From assembly GCA_973895155.1 (NCBI GenBank), contig OZ316892.1, positions 9,094,283 through 9,158,282 of the forward strand: a DNA stretch of 64,000 nt. The letters run 5' to 3'. The stretch comes from Marsupella aquatica. Lineage: Eukaryota; Plantae; Marchantiophyta. This document shows, in pieces, positions 26,146-39,030 of this stretch; within the stretch, counting starts at the first letter, position 1; each line of letters starts with the position of its first letter. The notes under the pieces were generated by a model. It worked only from the letters and a program-made list of their open reading frames with translations, had not been told where the DNA came from and ran no database searches. The position numbers were made by a program, and so were the translations under genes.

Positions 26146-27096
26146 ATGGCGAAAACAGGACTTGCATCGCTCTGCCTCCTCCTGGTTCTCTTAACCTTTG
26201 CACAGTGTGTCCTGGGCCAGTCGCTCGGATATACCCTTGTTCACAACAGTGCTAGCTTCGACATTATACATGCTAAACAAGTTACACACCATGATGGTTC
26301 TGAAACAATTATCCCCGATTCCACGCTGGCGCAGGGCACCACGGAACAGTTCCAAATTCCTGTGGACGTGACATGTGTTCGCACTTCGTGAGTTAGCTTA
26401 ACTTCTCATTTTTGCTGTTGTTGTCCCTGTGTACTCATTTTCTCACCATTTACGAACACTCTAAATAGCAAGTGACAGCGGTAGTCTCCCTTTGCCTGAG
26501 AGTTAACACTATAACCCTTATTTTGGTGGTTTTTCTCGACGGTGCGATTTCTTTCACATCATTTACAGTCAGTATATTGACATGGTGCTGTCACTTTCCC
26601 TGATTCGGCAATGCTGCTTAAACTATTTTTTCAGCGATCAGTCTAACAATGATCAAGTCTGCGCTTCTGCTCTGATTCTCAGTAGTTGCCTGGCAGACAT
26701 ATCAATACAGTACAACGGCTCAGTGAATACCATTAATGTGTCCATGTAAACTATTGTCTAGTCTATCCTGGGTGTTTTGAAAAGAGCGTTGTTATCTGAA
26801 TAAGATCGTTCTTAGTGAGTGTTTTACGGCCTCGATATTTTCCATCATCCTGTACCATGCACATGCACTCTATAGACTGCTTGACATGTCCCTTGAACTG
26901 GTGGCGCAGGTATTTGCAGCTCCCTGCCAAAAATGTCGGTCAGGTCGTCCTCGACTGGTGCGAAATTGGCATGACAGTTAATTGTTTGCCAGATTGTTTC
27001 TGGATAATCGATGACACCGGATTCTCAGTTGCAAATTCTAAATCTGCTATCCTGCAATTTGTAGCTGCTTGGAAACCGATTGATGAGCTCCTTTAG
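26146..27096 (+). CDS. Small secreted Cys-containing protein, SPH/S-protein-like, 142 aa; exons 26146-26387 and 26910-27096
   Basis: Signal peptide MAKTGLASLCLLLVLLTFAQCVLG. The phase-2 donor TC|GTGAGT and acceptor GGCGCAG|G restore the frame. C-terminus is ...DWCEIGMTVNCLPDCFWIIDDTGF...AAWK. Of 15 differences between the two copies in exon 2, 9 fall at codon position 3, 5 at position 1 and 1 at position 2, and the stop is shared. Confidence 0.72.
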
Positions 27097-30000
27097 TTGT
27101 GCTAGAAGAAGAAAACATTGGCGCCTACGTACTTTAATATGCATACTGGATTAATTGGTCCGGAGGACAGTTTCGGTTGATCTGATCGACATCTGAGCTA
27201 GGAACGGTTTCTTGAATCTTCTTTATCATCACCTATCTAGTTCAGAGTTTCACAATAAAACAACCATTCCAGTGGATGTAAGACTTCGATATCGCGATCT
27301 CTTGTGAATCACCTGGTAGATCTTACTGAAGGGCTTAACTTTGCTGCAACTGATATGTTTCTTTCTTGGCATGTTTTCATTCGTGGTGTCTCGATCACAT
27401 TGACATTTCGTTCATTACAAATTCCAATCCCCCATATGACATCACCCCGGTTCATACGAACTTTGATCCCTTATATATATTACCGTGTATGACATGTATT
27501 GCCCTAACCCGCTTGCCTCATGGTTTTATCCTGATCCAAAGGTTTGGAGCATTTTGGGCTCGATATTAGGGAGGCAAATCTCGTCATAATTAATTAAGAG
27601 CCAAGAAACTTTAACTCTACTTAGCATTGTATCCAGAGTTAGTCCACTGGTTGGAGATCGACATAGATCGATTATGTTAATGAGTGCGGTTTAGGGCAGA
27701 TTTGTTAAGCAGTTACAAGAGGCTCTAAGCTGAGACTAAATCATTCTGGTATGATGAGGCTTAGTCGATAAAAATCGGTGGTCCGTCCCATACTTTCTGT
27801 GCTATGATGGCTAATGTTGTTGCATTCAATCTTGAAGCTAAGTGTTTCGATATTAAATATAGCTGTTTTGTATGCCTCTTGGGGCTAAGTGTTTCGATAT
27901 TAAATATAGCTTTTTTGTATGCCTCTTGGGTGGTCAGGCTCCAATGCTTCATTTAATCTTGAAGCAAGTGTTTCGACATCATTATAGCTTTTTTTGATGC
28001 CTTTGGCTGGTCAGGCTCCAGAGAGTTTTAGCACCAAAATATAAGCATATTTAATTAATAACATTTTCATAATTTTGTAAACCTTGAAATATGCACTTTA
28101 TATATGATGGTGGTAAAAAATGAAGTCATTGATCAGAGTTTATGTCAAACTCAACGTGTTATAAAATATCACCCTACTTAGGATCTACTAGCCAGGATCC
28201 AACGCTCTGACAGAGTCCCTCCATCAAACTAATCTAATCCAAAGGTATCCATCAAACTAGTCTAATCCAAAGGTACCGCTTCCAGAAGTCCCTGCCATCA
28301 ATCCTGGAACAGCTGCAACCCCCTCAACCACACCATCCTCTCCGGCATGAGTAATGTCCCCTTCACTCTCCTCATTAGTATCCCCCTGTCCGTCTTACTC
28401 TTCAATATATGTTAATTATTTGCAAGGTTATATAAGAATACTCCCTTTCAACACACTTGTCCGTCTTCCTCTTCAATATATGTTATTGGCAAGGTTAAAA
28501 ATACTCCCTTTCAACACACTGCTCTATGGCTCATCAATCTCAATATATGGCAACCCAATGTCTTTCCATAGGCAATGCTTTCACATTGCCAAGGATATAT
28601 CGAGGATGTTGCGCTCTTCAATCTCAATGGCAACGCAATGTATTCCCATATGCAATGCCTTCCCATTGCCAAGGATCGAGTATGTTGTTCCTGTCCCAAT
28701 CTCAATCAAAGAAATATCTAGAACTCAATCTCCTACCTGACTAAAATGAATTAATTCCCAATCTACAATGCAGGGGGTCTGAAACTAAGTTGTTTGGCTG
28801 CATCCATCCGCAAGAAATCTCAATACCGAAAAACATTCTTGGGCACGAACCGCTCGGGTGAAGAGGGGGGTTCGATCGGGCCACCAGACTCCATTCAAAA
28901 CAGACTTAATTAACTGAGGGTGATGCCATGTACTAAGTAAAGACACAGTGACGTAACATGGAACTGATCTTAATTGCTATCGATACAATTTATCCTACAA
29001 CTGCTCAAAGGAACGCAACAACCTTCGGGAAACTCCAGAGACAACTGAACGATGGTTTCCGTTGTTTCAAAATAACACTTGCAGGAGAAATGGAATCTGT
29101 ACATGCAGAAACGAAATTTAGGCTGTAATCAACTCGTCGACAAACAAGATGTTTTCCATTGTTTCATAATAACATTCGCAAGCGAAGGGAAAAGTCTGTA
29201 CATGCAGGTACTAAATTTAGATTGTCATGAATTTCTGTCTGCAAACAAGTGTAGCAAGGCCGACTTAATAGCAGTTCACTTTCAAACTATCGAATCAGTG
29301 CCGTTCAGTTCCTAGGCGATGCCATAAACAATTCAATACAAGGAACGAGTCGAATCCTCTATAAGAGCTGATCGAGTCTTCAGGTGCCTTGAAGCTAAAC
29401 TACTTAATTCGATCGGCACATCGAATTTACTCACAGAATTCGTATGGTAGCCAATGTCTCTCTCATAGCTCCACGTAGCCCTCTCTCTCCGATACATTAC
29501 CTTGGTTACAAGCAAGGTTCATGGTTATTAAGTTACTTACCTGGTCCCTCAGGTCGAGATAAAGTTGAAAGCATTGTCAGTATCTTTTCCGCGCGATGTT
29601 TTAATTAGTTGGAAGGGCTGGCACACGAACTTTTCTGAAGCATCGCCGTGCCTGTCACTATAAAATACGTACTGGGCCGTGATATTGGGGTCAGTCGGAA
29701 AAAAACAGAAGGCCATAAAGCCAACATTAGTGAAAAATCGTAAATAATGGCAAAGTATGAGACCTAAACCTAGGCTAACCTAGAAGGAGAAAACACACAT
29801 GCCTCGATATCAAAACGCCAGATTGAACTACTTCTCACGAAAATAGGATAATTAAGACATAACCATCCCCGAAAATTGATATTTTGGGGACTGAGGAGTT
29901 TACTTTTACAGAACTTTGGGCCCGGATGGACTCACTCTAGAACCCGCTCTAGAATTTACTTCTGCTGTAGTACCATCAATTTAGTTACTGCTAAGCTTCA

Positions 30001-33000
30001 GCTAAAACCCCCTCTCCCCCCCTTAGACCATGTTTCTTTGATAATGGCCCGGATAATGGCTTAATTATATAATTAATTAATTAATGAAGGAGGCACTATT
30101 GCATGCCCTCAACATGGGTTCTTGCAGATGCTCATTTACATACCACCTGGCAGATTTCCCAATAGAGTCCATAAATTCCTTACGGTGTACCAATCTCTGT
30201 CTCCTCAACTTACACCTGACTTTCACCTCAGGGTCCTCCGTGAAATCTATGGTTCTGGCCCTTCAATGGGGGAATGAAACAAGGGGGCCTTCTTAACCAC
30301 TTAGAAGTATCCGGACTACCATGGCAATCCAAAAGGGGGGTAAGACAAAACAAGGATGAGTAAATGAGGTATTCACTTGTCTTATCTTGCCACAGCATTC
30401 ATGCTTAAGATTAACGCAAAAGTCGTAACCGTACAGGGCATATATCTAGTGCTCCATCAGCCCCTAGTAGAAAAGAACAGAAGAATCAGTGCGGAAACCT
30501 TGGCCTTAGCTAGGGTCAAGTAATTAAACAAAGGGCTTGCTGGTCAAGGCCGAGGTGACTGCCTACTTTAGGCCATGAGTAAAAGAGGCTGCTCGTGGCC
30601 TCATGACAATAGGTATAATACTCCACTCAGCCCGGGTTGCTCCTAGTTGGGAATGCACCGGGAAATGACAGACCCCGCGTTTACCATAACTTTGCTTTGC
30701 ATTAACAGAGCTATATATTTACTAGTATTTTGTACCTAGGCCTGTTCTGTGGGTGAGAGCTTGTAGCTATCTGAATTCAAGTGATATCTCTCGGTCACTC
30801 ACTAGTAGTGACTGAAAAGCTAGAAATAAGCGAAGAAAAGAGATCGCTTCAAATTATTATGCTACAACAAATCGCCCTCCCACCTTGGCTTCACCTGCGA
30901 GGTTTAGACGCAGAAAATGAAGTCAATTATAGTATAGTCGATCCATCAGTTCTTCTCGTAGGTAAGGTACTGGTTTTCTTTTGAAATGTAGTTGTGGTGT
31001 GGCGTATCCGTTTTTATACAACAATACCGCGGAATCGTCCGCTAATTCCGCAAATTGTTCCCTTGAGTGAGAGAGTTTGATGTGACTGGCCTCTACCTGC
31101 GATGCAGCCATTTCAGGAACGTTTGATCGGGCGGTTTCTTTCCAAGCTGATCTCTGCTTCGCTCGCACCTTCAGGGTGCACGGCTCAACTATCAGGACGG
31201 CTTCGCTTTCCTGACTCATTCATCACGTGGTCTGGAAATGCGCTACTTCAATCTACACAATGGGATTTCGAGAGGAGCAGCCATGCGGGACCCACGGAGT
31301 CAACGCCCATAAAGACTCTTTAGTGGAAGCTGCATTATGAGCCCGCTTCGCATCCATTAGATAAGGACCATAATTGTCAATCCCTTTTTGGCCCAGCCTG
31401 ACGCCGACGGGCTGGCTTGCTTCTGTAGCTTGATAAGCTAGCGGTGGAATGTGAACGAGTGACATGCAACAGAAATAAAGTAAAGAGAATTTTGCAAATT
31501 AAGGCCGTGACTCTTTGAAACAGTTCTAATGACTGAGATTGGTCACCACAGCTTGACTCAGTCCGAACATATTAGAGTCCGTGGGTGAGCCAGACAAAAT
31601 GTCGAGAGCAAGGACCCCAACTCGAAAGGCCAGGTAGGTCCTTGCAAGGATCCTAAAGAGGATAATCATGTACTCAGCAAATCATCTCCCTGGACCGTCA
31701 GCATGCATATCAAGAACTATAATACACACTTGCGCCACTTTTTAGAGTGGTAAATTTGCAGGGCACAAAAATAAAATAATCTGGTCAATGGTAAGCAAGA
31801 AAGCCAAAGTGAATTGAGTTTAGTGTGAATCACAAAAAGTTGCACCAGTGCCCAAGACAAGCAAAAATAATCACAACAGACACCCAAAAAAAAAAATAGT
31901 GAGACTTTAAATAACACAATGCACAAGGATCAATCCACGTAGATTAAGGAGGATACATCCATGCAAGTATTGTACATACTCACATGCAAGTTTGTATTGA
32001 CCATATTCATTTTACATATTCAATATTGTGTGCATCATAATTTTGTGTAATAATGGTAAGAGTAGTTTAACTAATAATATTTTAGTACTAGATCAATAAA
32101 AAAGCTATTCTCCCAATATTTGTGGTGATTTTTACAATCATTTGCAGTGTCATTTTCAATGTCAAAAACAAAAGTAAATAAGGCCCAAAGACATAGTGAA
32201 GCGCATGGTGTTGATGGCAAGGTGTCGGGTGAGGGGCACACTCACAATGTACTAGCTAGGGTAGCCCCTTGATCTCACATGGGTGGGGAGGGGGAGCGGC
32301 GAACGAGTGGAGTGATGGTGAATGTGAAAAAGAGAAGACTAAAAATAGGAAAATGGGGACGTTAAGGTTTAAAAGGAACATAAGAGAAAAAAAGGAAGAA
32401 AAATGAAGAAAAAGGCACCTCTCATTTTGTTATGCTTTTGTGATTGTCATAACCAGTCTTTTGTGTAACGACATCTTTTATTCAAGAAGATTTTTGTGCA
32501 AAGAGAAAAAAGAAACAAAGAAAAGTGAACTTTTGTGGCTGCCATAGCCACTATTTTGCACAATGATATCTTTCACCCAAAAGCTTTTGTGCAATAATAT
32601 ATTTTAGCAATTTTTTATTCAACTATATATATCTTTTGCACCACGATCTATTTCTCAACAACATCTTTAACCAAACAATATATTTTATGCAACACACGGG
32701 GATTGAAAGGATACCATCAAGGATACCGTGCGACAGAATGGTCATCTTTGCTAAACCTGAAACTGATAATATAATGGTGCGCTAATTATTTAAAGAGTGG
32801 TAGTCATTCTAATGCAGGGGCATTTTGGGTAAAAAAAGAAAAACAAAGAAAAAGACTCTCTCTTTCTTTCCTTGACTTTTTATTTCATAAATTCTTTGGC
32901 CGCCTTAATTATAACTTGATGATTGTCACGGGTGTTAAAATGACTTTAGTTTTTCACCTACAAGCTAGGCAACTAGAGAATGAGGAGACATGAAAGAACA

Positions 33001-34084
33001 CAAGCCTTAATATTTCATATTAAGGTCAAAGCAAGCTTGAGGGGTAGTGAAAAATCTCTCATTTTTTCCACAAAAGACATAATTCTTGTCCATATTCCAT
33101 GAATATTTCATAATGACCAAAATGTGACATAGAATGGTTATGATTGCTTGGAATTTTTTTTAGGTTAGATATATATTGCATGCCAAGGCTTTGGAAGTGC
33201 GCACATTCAACATTATATATCCAGCCCTGGCTACCCAGAAACGTCACACCCTAGCTGTCTACTCCTGAAATGAAACTTATGCCAATACATTGGTATTTTA
33301 CTCTTTGCGACCAACTCTTGGTGTTAAAGAACAAGGCCTTGCTGGCCTCTTGGCTGGACTTCCCGTGAGTCCTACAAGCTAGAGTTTTGGGGCCCTGTCT
33401 CATTGAGAGGAGTTATGGTGCGCCACAGATTTTGACTCCAGGGCCTCCAAATATAGGGTTTTAGTTTTATTCCTTTTCCACATGTATAAAAAAATTCTCT
33501 TTGAGTTCAAAATTTTTAAAAGTGGAAAAGCTGGTGGAAAACCAGTGTTTCCAGAATTTTTTTCTATAGACCTACCTCTTATACAGCTTATACAAGATTT
33601 GCATACCCTCAACGTACATTCTTTCATCTGGTTCCTCACTCACAAGCCTTAACTTTTCAGCTCCGTTCACTCATGGGGTAGTCAAAGTTAAAATGGATTA
33701 AAGATTGGTGATCTGGTATCGATCAGCAGTTGCTTGCGCGGACAGCTGAACGCCTTGTTGGACTGCGCAGAACGTGGATTAGAGACTTGTGATCTGGCAT
33801 CGACCAGCTGTTGCTTGTGCGGACAGCTGAACGCCTTGTTCGACTGCTCAGAACGTGCGAAATCAGCCAATTGTTCATATCCAAACTTCCTGACTCCCGC
33901 GTACATAAACACCACCTTGGTCCGCAGACTCCATTGTCTACTTTTCTCTCATTTTGTTTTCCTTGATTCTCTTAGCACCTCCTGTCGATCTCTTTGCTTT
34001 CTTACGCAGTGTAGTTTCTTCCCATTGTTAGACTTGGCACACTTTGAAGTTCTGCTTCTCTGTAGAAACAGCGAAGACGTAGCT

Positions 34085-34739
34085 ATGGCGAAAACAGGAC
34101 TTGCATCTCTCTGCCTCCTCCTGGTCCTGGCAACCTTTGCAGTGTGTGCGCTTGGCCAGTCGCCCCGATATACCCTTGTTCACAACAGTGCTAGCTTCGA
34201 CATTACACATCGTAAACAGGTTATACACGGTGATGGCTCTGAAACAATTATCCCCTTTTCCACGCTGGCGCAGGGCACCACGGAACAGTTCCAAATTCCT
34301 GTGGACGTGTCATGTGTTCGCACTTCGTGAGTTAGCTTAACTTCTCATTTTGTTGTTGTTGTCCTTGTGTACTTATTTCACACCATTTACGAACATTCTA
34401 TGTAGCAAGTGACAGAGGGAGTCTAACTTTGCCTCAGAGTTAACACTATAATTAACACTATAACCCTTATTTTGCTGGTTTTTCTCGACGGTGCGATTTA
34501 CCGTGCACTCTATAGATCGACCGCTTGACATGTCCCTTAACTGGTGGCGCAGGTACTTCCAGCTCTCTGCCAAAAACCTCGGTCAGGTCGTCCTCGACTG
34601 GTGCGACATTGGCATGACAGTTGATTGTTTGCCAGAATGTTTCTGGATAATCGATGACACCGGATTCTCGGTTGCAAATTCTAAATCTGCTATTCTGCAA
34701 TTTGTAGCTGCTTGGAAGACGATGGATGAGCACGTTTAG
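34085..34739 (+). CDS. Second paralog of the small secreted SPH-like protein, 142 aa; exons 34085-34326 and 34553-34739
   Basis: Same exon lengths (242 + 187 nt) and splice sites as the 26146 copy, with a shorter intron. Confidence 0.72.
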
Positions 34740-37700
34740 TTGTGCTCAAAGAAGAAAACACTGGCGCATACTTACTTTAATATGCATACTGGATTGTGTT
34801 AGGAGGACAGTTTCAGTTAATCTGATAGACATCTGAGCTAGGAACGGTTTCTTGAATCTTCTTTATCATCACCTATCTTGTTCAGAGTTTCACAATAAAA
34901 CAACCATTCCAGTGGATGTAAGACTTCGATATCGCGATCTCTTGTGAATCGCCCGGTAGATCTTACTGAAGGGCTTAACTTTGCTGCAACTGATATGTTT
35001 CTTTCTTGGCATGCTTTCATTCGTGGTGTCTCACATTGACATTTGATTCATTACAAATTCCAATCCCCCGTTTGACACCACCCCGGTTCATAAGCTAGGG
35101 CTTAACTTTGCTGCAACTGATATGTTTCTTTCTTGGCATGCTTTCATTCGTGTGTCTCTCATTGACATTTCATTCGATCATTACAAATTCCAATCCCCAG
35201 TTTGACATCACCCCGGTTCATACTAATTAACTTTGATCCCTTAGTTTACAGTAACCCGCTTGCCTCATGGTTTTATGCTGATCGAAAGGTCTGGAGCATG
35301 TTGGGCTGGATATTAGGGAGGCGAATCTGTTCATAATTGATTAAGAGACAACAAACTTGAACTCTACTTAGCATCTTATCCAGAGTTAGTCCACTGGTTG
35401 GAGGCATAGATAGATCATGTTAATGAGGGAGTTTTAGGGCCGATTTGTGAAAGTCGGCCCTAAGTTGGCTCTAAGTTGAGAGTAAACGTTTTGGTGTGAT
35501 GAGGCTTAGTTCATTAAAAATCGGTGGTCGTCCGTCCCGACACTTTCTGTGCTATGATGGCGCGCTAATGTTGCTGTATTCAATCTTGAAGCTAAGTGTT
35601 TCGATATTAATATAGGTTTTTTGTATGGCTTTGGCTGGTCGCTCCAGTCCAGATCCCTATATAATGTTGCTGCATTCAATCTTGAAGCAAGTGTTTCGAT
35701 TTCATTATAGCTTTGTTGAATATATGCATGTGGATACAAACGAATCTAATTGAAAGTCCACAATGAGAACAAGTCCTTGCTGGCCTTCCCATGAACATAC
35801 ACCAAACACAGTCTTAGATCGAGGACTTCTACAGTACGAGCTTCAGAAGCAAATTTGGAAAATAGCAATCACAGATTCCCCCTCCCCGGCAAGAACTATA
35901 CCGCAACCTCTCTGTCTATAGATGTGTTGATCTTTAATGAGAGGTCGTCATTTGGAACTATTCGATCAGCTCTATAGAGACATATACATACGCGAGAAAT
36001 CTCGATACCGGAAAACTGAGGAATAACGGGTAAAGGGGAATATGGGCCACCCGACTCCAGTCAAACAAATCAAGTGATCGGTGATACCACGTACTGAAAT
36101 AGCAGAGACTGAGATACGTAGACTAAGATGGACCTGTTCTTAAAGCTATCGGGACATATTATTATCCTACGCTGAAGAATGCAACAAACCTACGGGAATC
36201 CCCTGAGGCAAAGGAACGGTGTTGTTGGTTTAATTACAATAACACCGCAGGAGAAAGTACAAATTCTGTAGTTGCAGAAACTAAATTTAGGTTGTAATCT
36301 GTTAAGTGGACAAAAATATGTGGCAAGCCAAAAGCCAAAAAGCAGTATGCCGCCAGACTACCGATCCACTGCCGTTCAGTCCCGTGGCGATTCATAACAA
36401 TACAAGCGGAAGGAACGAATTTAACCTCACAAAAGAAGATGATCCCGATTATCGACTCAAGATTTTAATGCCTCGTGAAGAGCTCGGTCGGGCGTTCGCA
36501 TCTGGACTCGGCGCGCAGTTACTCTATAAAGCTAATGCTAGACATTCTACCTGACAAATGCTTGCAAACGTGAATTCTACGGAAATTGTAGCCGATCAGA
36601 CCGGCAGGCAACAATATTAGTCTCAGCCAGAGCTTGCCTTGCAAAGGTGGTGCTAAACTAGCTAGCTAGTTCGATCGGCAAGTCTACAGTTTCGATATGG
36701 TAAACAATGCCCCCTAACAGCTCCACGCATCCCTCCCTCTCTCTCTCCGAATTGAGCATTGTGCGCTACCTTTGTTTACAAGGTCCATGGTTGTCAGTAT
36801 AGTACTTTACCTGGCCCCTCCAGAGTAACCTAGCTTAGGAGGAGAGAATGTAGATCAAGTTGCCTTCCTCGGTATAAAGAAAGTTAAGAAAGATTGGAAG
36901 CATTGGTCACGAGCTTTTCCACGTGCGACATGTTTTTTTTGTCGGAAGGATTGGTCCATGAAGTTTCTGAACCTTCCGCGCTGACTCACTACAGGTCCTG
37001 GGCCGTCATACTGGGCTCACTCAAAAAAACAAAGCACAACGTAGGGAAGCCAGCTTTATTGAAAAATCATAAAATTAATAATGGGGAAGAATGAGACTTC
37101 AACCTAAGGCAGGTTAGGAGTATAAAACACATGGATATCAAAACGCCAAACTGACAACTATTCGAACGATATCAGATTATAGATTGAAAATTTGTCTTCC
37201 TTTCCCCCCAAAACTGATTTTTGTTGATACTGAGGAGATTTTCTCTAACATAACTTTAGGTTGGCTAAAGTAACTATAAATTTTACTTATGTGGTGCCAC
37301 ACAAGGCAAAACTGTCACATGCCCCTGGTAGGAAATCAAATTTATACTATCTTGTGTGCCTTTTTATCTAGCTTGACATTGGTATTCTTAAATCCTACTT
37401 TAAAAAAGACAACCCTAGAGAATTTGTATTTTCCTTTGTTAATAAGTGGGGTTCTGCCAATTTACTTGTGTTCAGACAGGAATTTTTAGACTTACTTACA
37501 AACACTAAAACTGCCCGTAAATTTTCAACCAGAGCATCAGTTTGGGCTACAAAAATGGTGTCAATGAATCCCAAATGGGTAATTGTAGTGATGCATGAAT
37601 CATTACCTAATAAAACCATTCTACAGTAAGTAATACAGGTTCTTGCACGGGTTCTTGTTCCTCTTAAAAGTCCCAGCCCAAAGACATCCACTACCTCATG

Positions 37701-37914
37701 AATTACTACATAGCATTCTGGAAAATTTTCCTAGCCTGTAGCAATATTGGGGTGTTCCACTTTAAATCACAACTATGAGAAACTCCTTATTTCAAAAGTG
37801 GGAATGTGTGCAATTCTACCTCTTTGGGCGTTCTACTACTTCTTTGTTAAAATGATGGGAGAAATCTCAACAAAATGGGAATATATATGTCCCCCATGGG
37901 AAGGCGACAGATTT

Positions 37915-38180
37915 AAGTTGTACCATTTTGGGTGAAGGCATGTTAATATGAGGGTGGGGTACCATTTTGGGTTCAGAAGGCATGTTAATATGGGCAAGGG
38001 ATACCATTTGGTGTCAAGAGACGTTAATATATATGGGGGCCGGGTACAATTTTGGGTGTAGGCATATATGTTAATACCAAGGCAGGGTACCATTTGGGGG
38101 CATGTCAAAAAGCACAAGGTGTACCATTTGGTGTCAACTCTACCTTAATATTCATGACGGCAGGGTACAATTTGATGTGA
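37915..38180. repeat. Degenerate ~40-45-bp tandem repeat (GGGTACCATTTTGGGT...CATGTTAATAT), ~6-7 copies
   Basis: Directly visible; probably TE subterminal sequence. Confidence 0.65.
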
Positions 38181-38273
38181 AGTTATCCTAATCCGTGCAA
38201 GTGTAATTGTTCAAATTGAATCAACTTGTATTTTTCAACTATGGCTTCATATGAGGACAGGTATTGTTAGACA

Positions 38274-39030
38274 GTGTTTGGGCTGGGTGAGCTTGCTTTC
38301 AATGTATTAGGCAACAAACTGACAGGCATGTTAAATATACTGACTGTTGCAGGTCACATGCATGCCTTATTCCATGCCGTCAAGTGCACTCTTGGTGGAC
38401 CAACACAAATTATGAAGGTGTTCGTGGAGAATGTCATCATACCTGATTTGCTCTTCAACAAGGTCAAGCCAGAGTGTGTTGCATGCTCTTTTGTGTATAA
38501 TCTGCCATCATGCCGACTGAACCAAAGGAATGATGTTAGTGTCAATACAAATGTTTGCGCCTACAGAATGGGTTTGATTTCATCAACCCAAGAACCCAAT
38601 AACAACATGCAAGTTTGGCAAGGTCATTCCTGCAAAGTTTATCATGGATTGCGACAATTTTGATGGCCATGGGAAACCGCTTCAAGAGCCAATGGTGCAC
38701 ATGCAAGCTTGGGTAATGCACAGACCCAATTGTGCCCGGGATTGTGCCAACAACAATAGTGGAGGAAAATACGCACAACAGCGCTATACAGGGCCCTCAC
38801 ATGAGGAGACGGTCTGAATTCTGATATGGGAACAAATGCGCAACATGCCGAATTGCTTGGATGTGGATGCGATTAATGGTATGTCACTTCCCATACAGTA
38901 TGGGATACACATTTGGTTGCAAATTAATTTGAACGCGGAGACTACATGAGCCAACTGGATTTTGTTTAAGCAGTTATTTAGGGACCCGGTGTATGATATA
39001 CAATGCATATCCTTGCCTTGTGACTTTTTA
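38274..39030 (+). pseudogene. Possible decayed ORF of unknown, probably TE, origin
   Basis: After ORF 38274 and one frame change, a ~170-codon frame is broken only by TGA codons, consistent with CGA>TGA. No family recognised. Confidence 0.3.

Larger units (their letters stand above)
25160..28020. repeat. Duplicated block C, copy 1 (copy 2 ~33155-35712; truncated promoter-only copy ~24770-25160)
   Basis: High nucleotide identity between 25160-28020 and 33155-35712. Segment 25270-25480 has a more distant homolog at ~23714-23925. Confidence 0.9.

Noticed and set aside
34327-34552. Second paralog as a pseudogene lacking exon 2
   Set aside because: The acceptor at 34552 gives an intact in-frame terminal exon showing codon-position bias.
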